Shown: positions 12,845 to 26,260, counted from the whole stretch's first letter. The stretch is 63,967 nt of DNA, filler included, from Octopus bimaculoides (GCF_001194135.2; 6 parts of 6 records of this genome joined end to end with filler, not necessarily neighbours in it), one strand, 5' to 3'. Made by a program: numbers and translations. The notes: generated by a model from the sequence alone, not told the origin.

Positions 12845-13885
12845 AGTGAGAGAGTAGCGCATGCCATCAAAGGGGCATTGGAGTGAAAATATACGAAGCC
12901 CAGTATACCCATCTGCTCTCTAATCGGAACTTGATTCGTTCTTTGCCATAGCTCCATATTGCTTATGTGTTCGGGCCATCTGATCTTAAGTATACTACGC
13001 AAGTACCTGTTGATGAATGATTGTATTTGCTTATTTGACTTAACTGTTGTTCACCATGTCTCATCCCCATACAATAACACCGCTTTTACGTTAGTGTTAA
13101 AAATTCTTATTTTGTTCTTTATTGAAATTGCACTTGCGCTCCATACTTTTTTTTTAAAGAAAAAGTGGAAGTGGATTGGTAGCACAATTAGAAAGGACAC
13201 ACCAAATGCAGCGAACAGTGCTTTGCAGTGGAATCCGGATGGACATAGAAAGAGGGATAGGCCTAAGAACTCGTGGCGTAGATCAACACAAAAGGAACTA
13301 GAGAAAGGGGGACATTCATGGCAGAGTATAAGTACAGAAGCGAGAAATTATGCTACATGGAATTCAATTATAAGTGGCCTATACTCCGCGTTGGAGGGTT
13401 AAAGGCAAGAAAGAAGTATACCCATCATGACTACCCGTCTGATAAGGGTACACTAGTCATCACAACCGTATGTACGCGTCATGATGAACGCATATCAAGC
13501 TAAATAGCGCATGTCTTTGCAGGTGGGGCCCAGTTAGAATTTTCTTCGAGTTGAGTAGCCCATCCCGCTCAAAGGACCCTGAATAAAGGTTGCTTAAGGA
13601 TGATGAACGAAACACGCATGTTTCCAGATGTGAACTATTCAAGCCCCTAAGAATTACTCTCAACACATGGCCATGCTGCTCCCCCAATACTCCTGTTCGT
13701 GATCAGAGATGTACATATTGTCAGCCACCAAGGAACATGCTCAACTGGCTATGGTTAAACAACTGACAAACAAATCTGTGGTATTGACCAGAATGTTAGC
13801 TGTAACCCATCTTTTACACCAAGACAAAACATGCACATAATAACACGTCCAATCAGTTAAGATCAGAAACCATGTGAGCCTGGTA
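12845..13885 (-). repeat. Interspersed-repeat-like segment between (TTA)n tracts, interrupted by an RTE insertion
   Basis: Sequence reads continuously (gaagccc-agtatacccatc-atgactacccg) once 12914-13426 is removed; (TTA/TTG)n on both sides. Repeat status and strand are inferred from recall of octopus repeats, not tested. Confidence 0.5.
12914..13414 (+). mobile_element. 5'-truncated, 5'-inverted RTE-like LINE insertion with 12-bp TSD
   Basis: Minus 12914-13146: WSASAISIKNKIRIFNTNVKAVLLYGDETW*...LRSILKIRWPEHISNMELWQRTNQVPIREQ. Plus 13156-13402: KKKWKWIGSTIRK...WNPDGHRKRDRPKNSWRRS. TSD AGTATACCCATC at 12902-12913 and 13415-13426. Confidence 0.85.
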
Positions 13886-13900
13886 ATTATTGCTATTGTG

Positions 13901-13976
<76 letters not shown>

Positions 13977-14749
13977 TTTACTTCTCGGGCTCTCGGTCTT
14001 GCTTCGGTTAATTCTGTGAGCGCGGATAGCAACCTGCTGTCAAAGGTCTCACAGGGTCTCCCATGTCTCTTTCCACGGAACTATTATTGTTGTGGTTCCG
14101 TGTTAACTGTTGTTGTTATCATCATCATAGTATCCTCCTTATCATCATCATCATCATCATCATACTCTAAATGAAGATCTTGAGAATCGTGGTGAGGAAC
14201 AGTGTTTTAGAGGGAATTATCATCGAGGTCCTGGTTCTGACGACGATGAACAAGAAGAACGATATCCAATAGCAATAAAGAACAATAAAGACAAAGAACA
14301 ACAATAATACTGCCACTGCGGCTACAAACAAGAGCCAGCCGACTAACCAACCAACCAACCAATCAACAATGGCGACAACAACATCAACAGCATATATACC
14401 AGAAGACACAAAGAATTTGTAGCTTTAAAACATTGACCACATCTCGAGTTGTTGTTAACGACATAATTAGAGAAGAAAAAAAGGATAGCAGTATTGTTGA
14501 AGCTGGTTTGCTGAGAAGTATCATTGTTGTTGATGTAGTTGTTGTTGACCACGTAACTGAAATTAACCAATTAGTGATCGACTACTCTGACATGTGACAA
14601 GTGCTTTCAACTATAACTGAATGAATGTCAATCTCAAATAGAATCTATTCGTTATTTCTTTCCTAATTGTATTCATTAGATACATATAACGTTATATATG
14701 TATTTTGTATATGCGTGTGTGTGTATGTGTTATATATCTCTGTGTGTGC

Positions 14750-14800
<51 letters not shown>

Positions 14801-15036
14801 TGTGTGTCTCTGTGTGTGTGTGTGTGTGTGTTTGTGTATATGTGTGTGTGTGTGTATGTGAGGAAATACACATGCATAAATATATACGTATCCACATAGA
14901 TAATTTGCTAGATGTAGGTAGATATATGTCAAATCGAACAGACACATTGGCGTGTATGTACTCACATATACAATACATGTATATATGTATATGCATATGT
15001 GTATGTCTCTTCATGTATGCATACACATAAATGTAA

Positions 15037-15072
<36 letters not shown>

Positions 15073-15769
15073 GTATGTATATGGTACCTTGTGCCACTAT
15101 TTCGTGTATATATATATGTATATATATANNNNNNNNNNNNNNNNNNNNNNNNNNNNNNNNNNNNNNNNNNNNNNNNNNNNNNNNNNNNNNNNNNNNNNNN
15201 NNNNNNNNNNNNNNNNNNNNNNNNNNNNNNNNNNNNNNNNNNNNNNNNNNNNNNNNNNNNNNNNNNNNNNNNNNNNNNNNNNNNNNNNNNNNATATATAT
15301 ATATATATATATACATATATGCATACACTTACATATATACATACTCATATATACAGATATTTAGACATACATATATATATTATTGTGTGTGGGCGTTTGT
15401 GCACGTTTTGTGTGTATGTGTGTATGCGTGTGTGTGTGTACGTGCGTGCGTGCATGCGTGATCGTGTATAATAATGTATAACAAGACTGTTGGTTAATTG
15501 CTATTGTCACTCGTAATCCGTTTATATCAGTCAATGAAACAACATGTGAAGACAATTCTTTCTAAACCAAAATGTATAATTTTTCTATAGGTCTTAACAT
15601 CTTTAGCAGTGAATCTATATTCTATAAACTTGTCAAACAGCCTGCACCATTGTTCAGGCAATAGTGTTTTGTATAAGTGACATAAAATACAATTGCCGTA
15701 TTGGGATATATCACTTTCTTGAACATCCGCTTCCGGTCGATTAGATGGGAAGTACAGCTATGATATACT

Positions 15770-16240
15770 GTATATACTGTACACCAATCTTTTCCTCCTT
15801 GTTGTGTGGCAGGACTCTGGTCCCCACAAATGATTTATTTGTTTATTTCTTGATATTGCCCAATCCACCCATTTCTCTGTCCATCTCTCCTTCTTTCTCT
15901 TTTGTCAATTCCTGGAAAAACCGTCTTTGCATGGTTACTGGATCATCTTACATGGCTAAACCATCTCGACTTTCTTTCAATTTTGTGAAAAGAATTTATG
16001 GGGACGAAGGGTCGGTGTGATGCCGGATGATTTTCGCGCATCTTCTCGTTTCAGATGGGATTCAAGTACGAAATGCTTAAGATGTTGCGGTAGCATCTCA
16101 TCCCCAGTGCTTGTATCTTTCATTGCTTTTGTGCAGTGAATGACCCTTTCTTGTAAGCGTGCAGCAATTTATTGCTCCCATATCGAGCGAGTTCCTATCA
16201 TTATCGTTCAGTAACGAGAAATTGCTGCCGTCTTATACTA
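15770..16240 (-). mobile_element. RTE-clade LINE fragment (RT C-terminus)
   Basis: IQALGMRCYRNILSISY...RKSRWFSHV...KTVFPG..RRRDGQR matches RTE EMRCYRRIL.ISY...RKL.WFGHV...KTILQG...RRRGRQ. Confidence 0.7.
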
Positions 16241-17155
16241 ACCTCGTTTTAGCGTTTTGACGAAAATATCACCGTGATAAAATATCATTATATGTAATAT
16301 CACTGTAACGATACACCACTGTATATCATCTTATTGGTAATAAAATCCTGAAACGATTCTTAAGAGAAAGTGAAAGGGAAAAGGAGAACAGGAGATCGAA
16401 AAAGATACACTCAGTGCTGCATATCAGAAGTATAATCACCATCTTATAGAACATTTTCGTACCAGTATTATTATGTGGCAGTAATATTAACTATTAATAA
16501 GCGAAATGCTGGTACTAGAATTTAGATACTTCTAAAGATAGGTTATATGGCCCTACACATAGACGCATAAACATATGCGCGCAGATATTTTTGTATATAA
16601 TGTAGTACAAAATATAGAAGTACCCAGTAGAAGTTGTAAAGTAAACAAGTAATAAATATCACCGAGGCTCAGTTTATTCAACCCGTCAGTTGTCAGTCCA
16701 TGCCAATTGTTCTGAATGCAATAAAATGGGTTTTGAGATTATTAGCGATGTAAATTGTCAATAGTTGCCGGGAGGATCCATTCGCGACCAATTGAACAAG
16801 TGTAAGCAAGTCAAAATTAGGTTATCACTCTTTACAAAATAATCAGATGTCAGGTGATGTAGAGTTTCTCCGTGAGTCATTAGTGCAGTATTTGACCTGC
16901 CCTATGTACTTCATCTAACAACGTCCATGAAATGCCATTAGTCTCGGTTTTGTCTCTTCATTTACAAACGAGCTTTGAAAGTGGTGTGACGTTTCTCAAG
17001 TAGTCAAGGTAGAACATGTGTTGGTGCAAGTGATTTTCAAAGAAACAGAGCTTAGATATTCATTACCTGAGCTACTGAGTTTTTTGCGTCGAAAATATTA
17101 CATTGCTAACGGTTGAATGCAAACTAGTAGCAACGGTCAGTAATCTCAGCTTTTG

Positions 17156-17304
<149 letters not shown>

Positions 17305-17607
17305 AGAAGTACCCAGTACACGTTGTTGGCGTGAGTAATCATATGTATCTTAATATATGTATATATACACACACATACACACACACACACATAAATATAT
17401 ACATTTACATTTTTTTTCCAGCCTTGTAACCCCACATGTGCTTTTCTTAAACTATTTTTTCCCTTCTCTCCGGACCTTTCCTCTTTCTGACAAAGAGCCA
17501 TGCTCGAAGCGTTACTCACTCAATCTTTTTGCCGTCTTAAACTGAGCGTCAACTTAATACATTTATTATGGACGTCCTTTTGACTTGCACTTTTTTTTCC
17601 GATTTGC

Positions 17608-17644
<37 letters not shown>

Positions 17645-18012
17645 NNNNNNNNNNNNNNNNNNNNNNNNNNNNNNNNNNNNNNNNNNNNNNNNNNNNNNNN
17701 NNNNNNNNNNNNNNNNNNNNNNNNNNNNNNNNNNNNNNNNNNNNNNNNNNNNNNNNNNNNNNNNNNNNNNNNNNNNNNNNNNNNNNNNNNNNNNNNNNNN
17801 NNNNNNNNNNNNNNNNNNNNNNNNNNNNNNNNNNNNNNNNNNNNNNNNNNNNNNNNNNNNNNNNNNNNNNNNNNNNNNNNNNNNNNNNNNNNNNNNNNNN
17901 NNNNNNNNNNNNNNNNNNNNNNNNNNNNNNNNNNNNNNNNNNNNNNNNNNNNNNNNNNNNNNNNNNNNNNNNNNNNNNNNNNNNNNNNNNNNNNNNNNNN
18001 NNNNNNNNNNNN

Positions 18013-18167
18013 TTTTTTCAAAACACTGTCTGGTTTAAAAAGCCACATCAGACGCCATGAAAGGGCTAAGGTGTAGGTGCAGGAGGTGGTCAAACTCTGT
18101 TTAAGGAGTAGACAACCACCATGTATGTATGTATGCATGTATGTATGTATGTATGTATGTATGTATG
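18013..18167 (+). mobile_element. RTE-like LINE extreme 3' end with (ATGT)n tail
   Basis: FKTLSGLKSHIRRHERAKV* (second half of the C2H2 finger), short UTR, then (ATGT)n; upstream part lost in an N gap. Confidence 0.65.
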
Positions 18168-19269
18168 CCAGGGCAGTGTGCATAATAAGATCTCTTCAGC
18201 ACCATTTTATTCCTGATCGGGTGGATTTTAATATCGCACACCTTGGGCAAAAGACTTCTATTTTAGCCTCGGAATGACAAGTGCTATGCGAACGAAATTT
18301 GGTGGATAGAAATCACATGGAAGCCCGCGCGCATGTGTGTATGTGCCTATGTATGTATATGTGTGATGGTGTATCTGTCTTTGTTTATATTTACTGGTGT
18401 TTTTTATGTGTAGAAATTCATCCCTATCAAAAGCGTAATTTAGAGATTAGGTAAGAGGTCGATAAGATAACTACCAAACTAAACGCGAGACTGTGACCGA
18501 TAGGGTAGACTAAAAATAAAAAACGTTTTAAGCCAGTGACTGAAACTACTTCCAGTAAGTTGCGAAACTGCGTAGAATCATTTTGTTGTCTCGTCCTTCA
18601 ACAAAGATAACTTTAGTGATAATTATATCTCGTATGGTCGACTTTTCTGACGTTAAGATTGCTTGTTTAGGCGGACAGATACCTTCTAAAGGAATCGTAT
18701 AGTTTTCTTCAAGCCCATTGAAATAGTAATGACTGTTGTCTTCCAAATAACTAGCTGTTACACTTTTCTGGAAATTGCTTGGAGAATAGGATATATAACG
18801 ACAGGACTTAAACCTTAAAAAGCATGTTTAATAATATCGTTTGTAACTCACGAAAATGAGGTTTACATCAAAGGAGTTACGAGACTCGGCCAATTACATT
18901 ATCAGAAATTGATTGAGGAGATATGCACCATTTCTAAAAGGGACCTGGCATTGAAAGGGGTGAAGATACTATAAGATAGATATTATATAACTCAGTGCGT
19001 TATAAAATATAGAACATTATTTATTATGTGAGGAGGTTCGCTGTTATGTTCGACATAAAAAATAGGAAGTGACAATTTATCAATATCCTGACCAAACGCA
19101 TTTGACACTCTTACTCTGTACACACACACACATACAAACGCGCACGCACACATACACACACACTTATCGTTCTTTATATATGTATGCGTATATATATATA
19201 TATCATTTTGTGTGTGAGTAAATGCGTCTGTGTATGTGTGTGTATATGATTGCGTGGGTGTATTTGTGC

Positions 19270-19335
<66 letters not shown>

Positions 19336-19604
19336 GGAGCTGCTTTGTTCATACTCCTCTGCCGTTCTCTCTCTCTCTCTCTCTCTCTGCATCAATGTGT
19401 CTACCTACCGAACTATCCTACCTACTAAAATTACGAACTCATTAATCCTTACAATGAGTGATTCATACATCTCTTTTTTCCGATGCTTTCCTACTCATCT
19501 ATCTATGACACTTTTCCTTTATTTCTGTGTGTGTGTGTGTGTGTGTGCGTGTGTGTGTGTGTATGTTTGTTTGTGTGTCTGCTTTTGTGTGTGTGTGTGT
19601 GTAT

Positions 19605-19823
19605 ACACGTGTCGGTGCTGAGAAGTTCCTGGCTTCAAGGGTATCGTGAAAGACCTGGCTGGAGGCCCAACCTTCTGAGTTCTTTTACCGGGCTTAGAAA
19701 AACTGAAGAACCACTGCAATAAGTGTGTGATTCTGAGATGGCAACATGTTGTATAAAATCATAATTATTTGATCCTCTTGTATTTTCTTTTACCCAAAGC
19801 CAAGAATTTTTAGCACCACCTCG
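19605..19823 (+). mobile_element. Mariner-derived internally deleted element (MITE)
   Basis: TIRs ggtgctgagaagttcctggctt (19614-19635) and aagccaagaatttttagcacc (19797-19817); interior KLKNHCNKCVILR resembles a transposase C-terminus. Confidence 0.7.
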
Positions 19824-19885
19824 TGTGTATATATATCACACACACACATATCTGCATGTGTGTGAGTATGCACAGAGAGAGAGAA

Positions 19886-19932
<47 letters not shown>

Positions 19933-20108
19933 TGGTTGAGCAAGGACCATAAAATAAAAGACGGAGTGGTCAGTATTTGAAAAAGAGGATGTGAATAAAA
20001 TTACCTTAAAAATATGGAAAGAGTAAAAGAATCTCACTTTCTTCCACATGAATTAGGGGAGATCAGATCGAGAACTACCTGCTCATTAATATTACAGATT
20101 TAATTTAA

Positions 20109-20310
20109 GGCGGTGAGCTGGCAGAATCATTATCGAACCGGGGGTGGGTGGGAAATGCTTCCGTCTTTACGTTCTGAATTAAAATGTCGCCGGGGTCGAC
20201 TTTATATATTTCACCCTTACGAGGTTGATAAAACAACTACCAGTTGAAAACTAGGGTCCATGTAATCAGATTATCCCTTCCCCTGAAATTACTGTCAAAA
20301 TTAGAAACCA
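20109..20310 (+). mobile_element. SINE family A
   Basis: ggcggtgagctggcagaatc...gggtcgact...gaggttgataaaacaactaccag. Confidence 0.75.
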
Positions 20311-20633
20311 ATATTACAGGTTTTATTCAATTCTGAACGAATATTCACTAGCCTTTATATATTTATTTATTTATTTGATGACTAAAACCCGATGTTGCGC
20401 TTTCGTAATAAGATAACTATTGACAGGACTCCAATAAAGATAAGTACATGTATTCAGAATACAAAGGTTCAGCAAGGCATCACACTTGAAGCCTTAGCTA
20501 TTTTCCCTATACACTGCATCGGCGTTTATACGAATCATTTCCGAATTGATGTAAAACAAATGTGAGTTCAAGAAAAGTTGAAGTCAGAATATTTATATTC
20601 TCAGTGCATCCTTTAACTTTCAGGTTACATTAA

Positions 20634-20852
20634 CTCCTTAGCATTTAAACCAACAATATCCGCCCCAAATATTCAACCAATTATATGTTCAAACCAGTCA
20701 GGTCTGATCTGTCACACCTATCATTCAATGTTACTGTAAAAATAAATGATCATATCATAAAAATTTCGAAGCCACGAGATAATAATGATTAATTCAAAAC
20801 AATTTTAATGAATAAGCATTATATTTGATAGGGTAATATGAATGCTAAAAGG
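20634..20852. mobile_element. piggyBac-like MITE
   Basis: TTAA-ctccttagcattt ... aatgctaaaagg-TTAT: short TIRs with a TTAA-type target site. Confidence 0.55.
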
Positions 20853-20959
20853 TTATGATTTCGCGTTTCGAGGATGATAAAATCAGTATCAGACTGAAAT
20901 AGTTCGACGGTTCATATGATGGAAGCAATGCTCCAGTTTTACAGCGGTCATATCTTCGT

Positions 20960-21300
20960 CGTCATGTATCGTAAGCTTTCTGCAGCACGTTGATGACAGT
21001 ACGACGGAAGTCTTCCCGACGAAGCGCGAGTTCTCCCATCAGATAAAGCTATTGCGTTACTTTCTGCTGACTTTCTTATAGTATTTTCTTGGCAAGGTTC
21101 GTTTGCCATTGCTTTCCCGAACTGAATAGCCATTGGCCCATAAGGAGCTCTTCCGCCCCACGACAGGTCTTGTTTTGAGTCCTGTTGGGTGTCCAAACAT
21201 CCTCTTCACTCGAGTAGCAAGCTGCTCAAGTGGGATGGCGGTGGGGCGGTTTAGTCGCCGTCCACTCGACCATGGAACGCGTAGTACAGGTTTAGATAAT
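20960..21300 (-). mobile_element. Highly degenerate RTE-like relic
   Basis: Frameshifted RMD.Q..KQ.L..GGR..G.. similarity to the RTE post-RT region; weak. Confidence 0.35.
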
Positions 21301-21628
21301 ATCAGTAGCATGTCTCATCAGTCAGTGATGGGATCTCTGACATCACTTTAAGAAGGTGATATCCCACTTTCACTGCGGTTCATATGTATTTCATTATTTA
21401 TCTTTATTACTTTTTCCTTCTATCTTACCTAACTACAGAAAACGGTATCTTTCTCTCTCTTTCTACATACGTACATACATACGGGAGCGCGAAACTTTAA
21501 GGAGCAGTTTTTTGTGATAATTTTGTGATGCCTTTGCAGATTAAATAATAAAGTGTGTGTGTGTGTGTGTGTACATGCACATTGATACACACATATATAG
21601 ATATAGATATATATGTATGGACATGTGC

Positions 21629-21704
<76 letters not shown>

Positions 21705-23033
21705 GTTCATGTATATATATATGTATATATATTTACATATATATAGCCTTATACATTGTGTATACAGATATACTTATACAAACATCGATCCACGCTGTGT
21801 ATATGAATGAATAATTCTTAGATGTGTGTGCGTGTACGCGCATGCGTAATTCTCTCACTATCGTTGAGTGTGATTATATGTACGAGTATGTATATTCGTT
21901 TATGTATGCATGTGTGCACATGCGTATCTAAGTACCTATATGAATAAGTAAATAACATAGGTTGTTAGTGCGATAAGTAACTATAGCAATAGCTATTTTA
22001 TATTTATGATTGACAATTTAGGTAAGAATGAGCAGGTAAGAATGATGTTTGCATCAAGTTATCTAGTGGACAGACTAGATCACGTGATTTCGGGTGTTGT
22101 TGCTATGACAAACCTTTTTAATATGTTGTTTGTCATCGGACATAACATTATAGCAACGGAAGGATGGAACGGACAGATGTGAGGACAAAAATAGAGAGAA
22201 AGAGAGAGAAGGTGGAAGGGGAGAAGTAAGGTAGATATAGATAGATAACGAGAGGGAGTTTCGGGGAATATTTAACCCTCATTTATTAATTAAAACTTTG
22301 TCAGATGGCAGCTGTGTAAACACACACACACTTAACACACACTTACCTACTCACTCACATATTCTTACACATCCATACATGAGCCAATGATATTGTCCGT
22401 ACGAGGTCACTAGACCTGCAAGAAATAGCAAGCAATTTGTCCTCAGGTCGAAAAGAAGGGATATATTGGATACTGTTGTCCTAGATGTATCATGGCTGAA
22501 ATAAAGAATGAAACGACCGGTACTAGAACAACTTTGATAAGTCTAGTTTATTCAGTTAATGTTGGCCCGAGACTAAACGACAGCGAAAGCGGTACACCGG
22601 CGCAACTTTTTCTAATAAGCTATCCTTTTCCCATCAGCCATTGTTGTTCTATTGCTGGATGAATGTCTCAACAAGCCGTTGCTAGTTTATCCATAACGGT
22701 TGTAGGCTTACCTGTTCATGCAGACCAGTTGTGGATGTGCCAGAGCTGCTTCTATGGTCGACTCATAAGTCCTGCTCATCGTCACCTGAGTGGAGTTTTT
22801 GAGTTCAACCGACACTCTAACATTTCCGAAAATCCAGTACCCCTGGACAGGCACTTTGTTTATCGACACCAAGGCATTGAAAAGAAAAGGTGACTTTGGC
22901 AAGATTCGAAATCAGAGTGCAGAGAGCTGGAAAAGAAAATCCAACGCTCTGATGACTCAGCCAATCGGCATACATTACCATGTCTTTGCAGGATAGGAAA
23001 TAACTGTGATACTCAATAACTGTGATGCTCAAA

Positions 23034-23143
23034 TGGTATTCATATTTTATCGACCCTGAAAGGATGAAAAGTAAAGTCGACCTTGGTGGATGTTGAACTC
23101 GACTTTGCCTTTCATTCTTTTGAAGTCGATGAAATAAATACCA
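23034..23143. repeat. Head-to-head inverted pair of SINE family A cores
   Basis: tggtattc...aaagtcga [18 nt] tcgacttt...aataccag; about 45-bp imperfect arms. Confidence 0.75.
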
Positions 23144-24059
23144 GTCGAACATTGAGGTCGATGTAATTCACTTCCGCTTCCTAATAAAGTGCTGGATTTG
23201 TGTCCATAGTTGACAGAACTGTTGTGATTAACCTGGATCAGCAGGATTTAGCAAACCAGTGAGAAAGAAAAAAAGCATTACAGTCGCGATCATTGCAACG
23301 TTTAAAATATGTAAGACTACAAAGTTTTCGGACTTATTTAAGACGATAGAATATAATTGGAGGGACTTTGTTCGCCATTTCTAGTAGGTTACACGAACAC
23401 AGAGTATAATGATTCTCATTTTCTTTAATTTTTTTTTACATTGTGGCACAATGGTGGTCAAATGAAAAATCGATGCAGAACTTCGCAAGGGCAATAAAAA
23501 AAAATATTTTAAAGTTAAATTTTTTAAAGAAAAATTTGGAAAAGTATCCATCATTGTTGTATATCATAAAACTATGAATCCATAAATATGGATTTCTAAA
23601 GCTGTAATAGATTTCTTTTTTAATCCAAGATGCATAACATTCCTTATAACGTATAATTCGAGAACCACTTATGTAGATCTTTAGAAAGCTAATTTTGTAT
23701 TGTTGAGCGAAAGCCTTGGTGAAAGAAGTTACAATATAGACACACATATAGACAAATCTTAAAACAAAAACAATTCCAGCACAGGAAGCGTACAAAATGA
23801 CGTAGTTTCCAACGTGTGTTATATTTTTGTACCACATCGATTATCAACAACACACGCGTAGTAGAATATACAGTGATCATATTATAGACACATAATCGCA
23901 ATAGAGATATCCTACAATATAAAGAGACATAACAGTTGCATCATACATAACAAATATTTCCCACTTCCATTTATCAGTATCACAATATACACATGTAGAG
24001 ATGCATACCGTGATGCTCGTGCACGTGCGCACACGTATACAACCGCACTTCTCACCTTC

Positions 24060-24260
24060 ATTCTTGCACAGAATGCATCCCCATTTGGTTCTTAATTCCT
24101 CTTCAGTATTTTTGCTTCTAGTGATGTTTCCTTCTTCTCACTCTCCCATATATTTTCCCCTTCTTCTGATGAAGGACTTACGTACGAAACGTTAAACCTC
24201 TCCCCCTTCATTTTAAGTGATCATTTATTAACAGCAGTTATTAAGTCTAAACCTTCTTGT
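24060..24260 (+). mobile_element. Penelope-like element 3' end / pseudo-LTR relic
   Basis: catccccatttggttcttaat resembles the HP.GLN end of the PLE GIY-YIG domain (frameshifted); followed by a pyrimidine-rich UTR and a minimal hammerhead core. Confidence 0.55.
24161..24197 (+). ncRNA. Minimal PLE-type hammerhead motif
   Basis: tt-CTGATGA-A-GGAC(TTAC)GTAC-GAAA-CG-TT-aa; palindromic stem III AACGTT; one mismatch in stem II; 2-bp stem I. Confidence 0.6.
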
Positions 24261-24313
24261 GTTGTCTTTTTTCTTTCTTTTGTTGTTCATTGCGTTTAGC
24301 ACGCATGTCCGCA

Positions 24314-24350
<37 letters not shown>

Positions 24351-24389
24351 ACACATGCTAAAAGTAAAGTGTGTTGCTCGAGAATATAT

Positions 24390-24540
24390 AGCCGCATGGC
24401 TCGGTGGTTAAAGCGTCGGGTTCACAATCATGAGCTAGTAGGTTCGATTCCTCAACTGGGCTGTATGTTGTGTTTTTGATCAAAACAATTTATTTTATGC
24501 TAAAACTACACAGGCACGACCCAGAATGACAGTGACGAAT
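24390..24540 (+). mobile_element. SINE family C head
   Basis: gcatggctcggtggttaaagcgtcggg...ggttcgattcc (A/B boxes)...caaaacaatttatttt. Confidence 0.6.
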
Positions 24541-25178
24541 ACACATATACAACAAAGCACAGGCACACACACACAAATACACACATGCACTTACAAAGAA
24601 GCAATCATATGTACACACACGCCTACATAAATATGTGTCTATGTAAATATAAATATGTGTACATTCACTCATAAGTATCTGTGTGTTCATACATGTATCT
24701 ATAAATCTAATTTTACAATCACATACAGAGTGGTGAACACACAGAGTGACTTACATAGGCACACACACACACACATGCACAGGCACACATACACAAACAC
24801 AACATTACCTCTTTTCCAGTCCCTCCCACCACGTCATGTAAATACTATATAATCCTTTCTCCCACTCTTGTACCTTCTCTTATTGAGAATAATGAAACGT
24901 AGGTCATGCAGTGGACCACCACATCAAGTGTGGTCCGGGAGTTGACCTAGTGAACTCTGACACATGACCTGTTGACTGTGTATTCACACCTGGTATCTGT
25001 GTCACTACTAATATCAAACGATATAAACAGTTTTTTTCTTGCACAAAATAATGTACATATAAACACACACACCCACACAAATACACGCACACACACTTAC
25101 ACACACATATACACGCAATTCATGGATACAGATGTATACTGACACATTCGTACATACATTTTATGTGTGTATGTATGC

Positions 25179-25211
<33 letters not shown>

Positions 25212-25265
25212 TAGATAGATAGATAGATAGATATACATGTGTGTATGTATGTATGTATATATATA

Positions 25266-25297
<32 letters not shown>

Positions 25298-25310
25298 CAC
25301 GCATGTATGT

Positions 25311-25410
25311 NNNNNNNNNNNNNNNNNNNNNNNNNNNNNNNNNNNNNNNNNNNNTTAATTAATTAANNNNNNNNNNNNNNNNNNNNNNNNNNNNNNNNNN
25401 NNNNNNNNNN
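25311..25410. other. Artificial scaffold join
   Basis: 44 N + TTAATTAATTAA + 44 N. Confidence 0.95.
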
Positions 25411-26228
25411 AAGGGGAGATAATAATGTAGTGGTGATCCCAAAACGAAGGTGCGCATGCGTGTGTATAAGAGACATATAAGTGCGTGTGGAAGAGGGCTG
25501 GTGACCTTGACGTGTGCGTGTGTGCATGTGTAGGTGTGTGGATGATGGTGTGGGGATGGGAAGTGGTCAGTTCTAGTGTGTGCGTGGTGGTGTGATGTGA
25601 TGTTGTGTTGTGTGGTATGGTGGTGTGTTATGTGGTGGTGTGTGGTGTGGCGTGGTGGTGTTGGGATGTGGAGGAGGCGAGAGTGGGGTAAACAAGAGTG
25701 GGGTGGATGTTCGGCTGAGGGTGGGGGTAAAGTTGGGGTATGTGGGATTGGGTGTAAGGGATGGGGTGGGGTGGGATGGAATGGATAGGGAAGGTGCGGT
25801 TGGATTGTGTAGGGGGTTACGAGGGAGGGGTGACGATGAAGTATGTAAGTATGCAATTCCAAAGATTAGACTTTATATATCTGTTGCTTGGCATAGATCC
25901 GTGTTTACATTATCCATTGTTATTACTAATATGGATATCAAACAATAAATTAGATTCTCTAAGAAACTTCGACAGATTGCTAGCTAGCAAATTATACGCT
26001 GGAGAATGTTGAGACTGTTTAAATGTTCTATAAAACGTTTTATCAAGGTACGTAGATCCCGCATGAATCACTAACCACCAGGGTCTTTCTTCCAAGAAAA
26101 TCGTGCCCTGGATTTCCTCCACAGTACGTTTTTTTTTCCTGTGAGTGGGACGTTATTGGTATCAAGTTCACCTGGCTTAAAATGCCTGAAAGGCAAAGGC
26201 AATGTCCCTACCGCCAAACACCCAAAAT

Positions 26229-26260
<32 letters not shown>

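Noticed and set aside
18546-18746. Non-repetitive ORFs (also 4374-4571, 10045-10515, 26914-27231, 35288-35593) as missing SLC6 exons
   Set aside because: No SLC6 motifs (GLGNVWRFPY, GPGLAF/GTGLAF) and no recognisable homology or splice support.
22700-22900. Possible further RTE relic (STIEAALAHPQL)
   Set aside because: Similarity too short and degenerate to support without a search.
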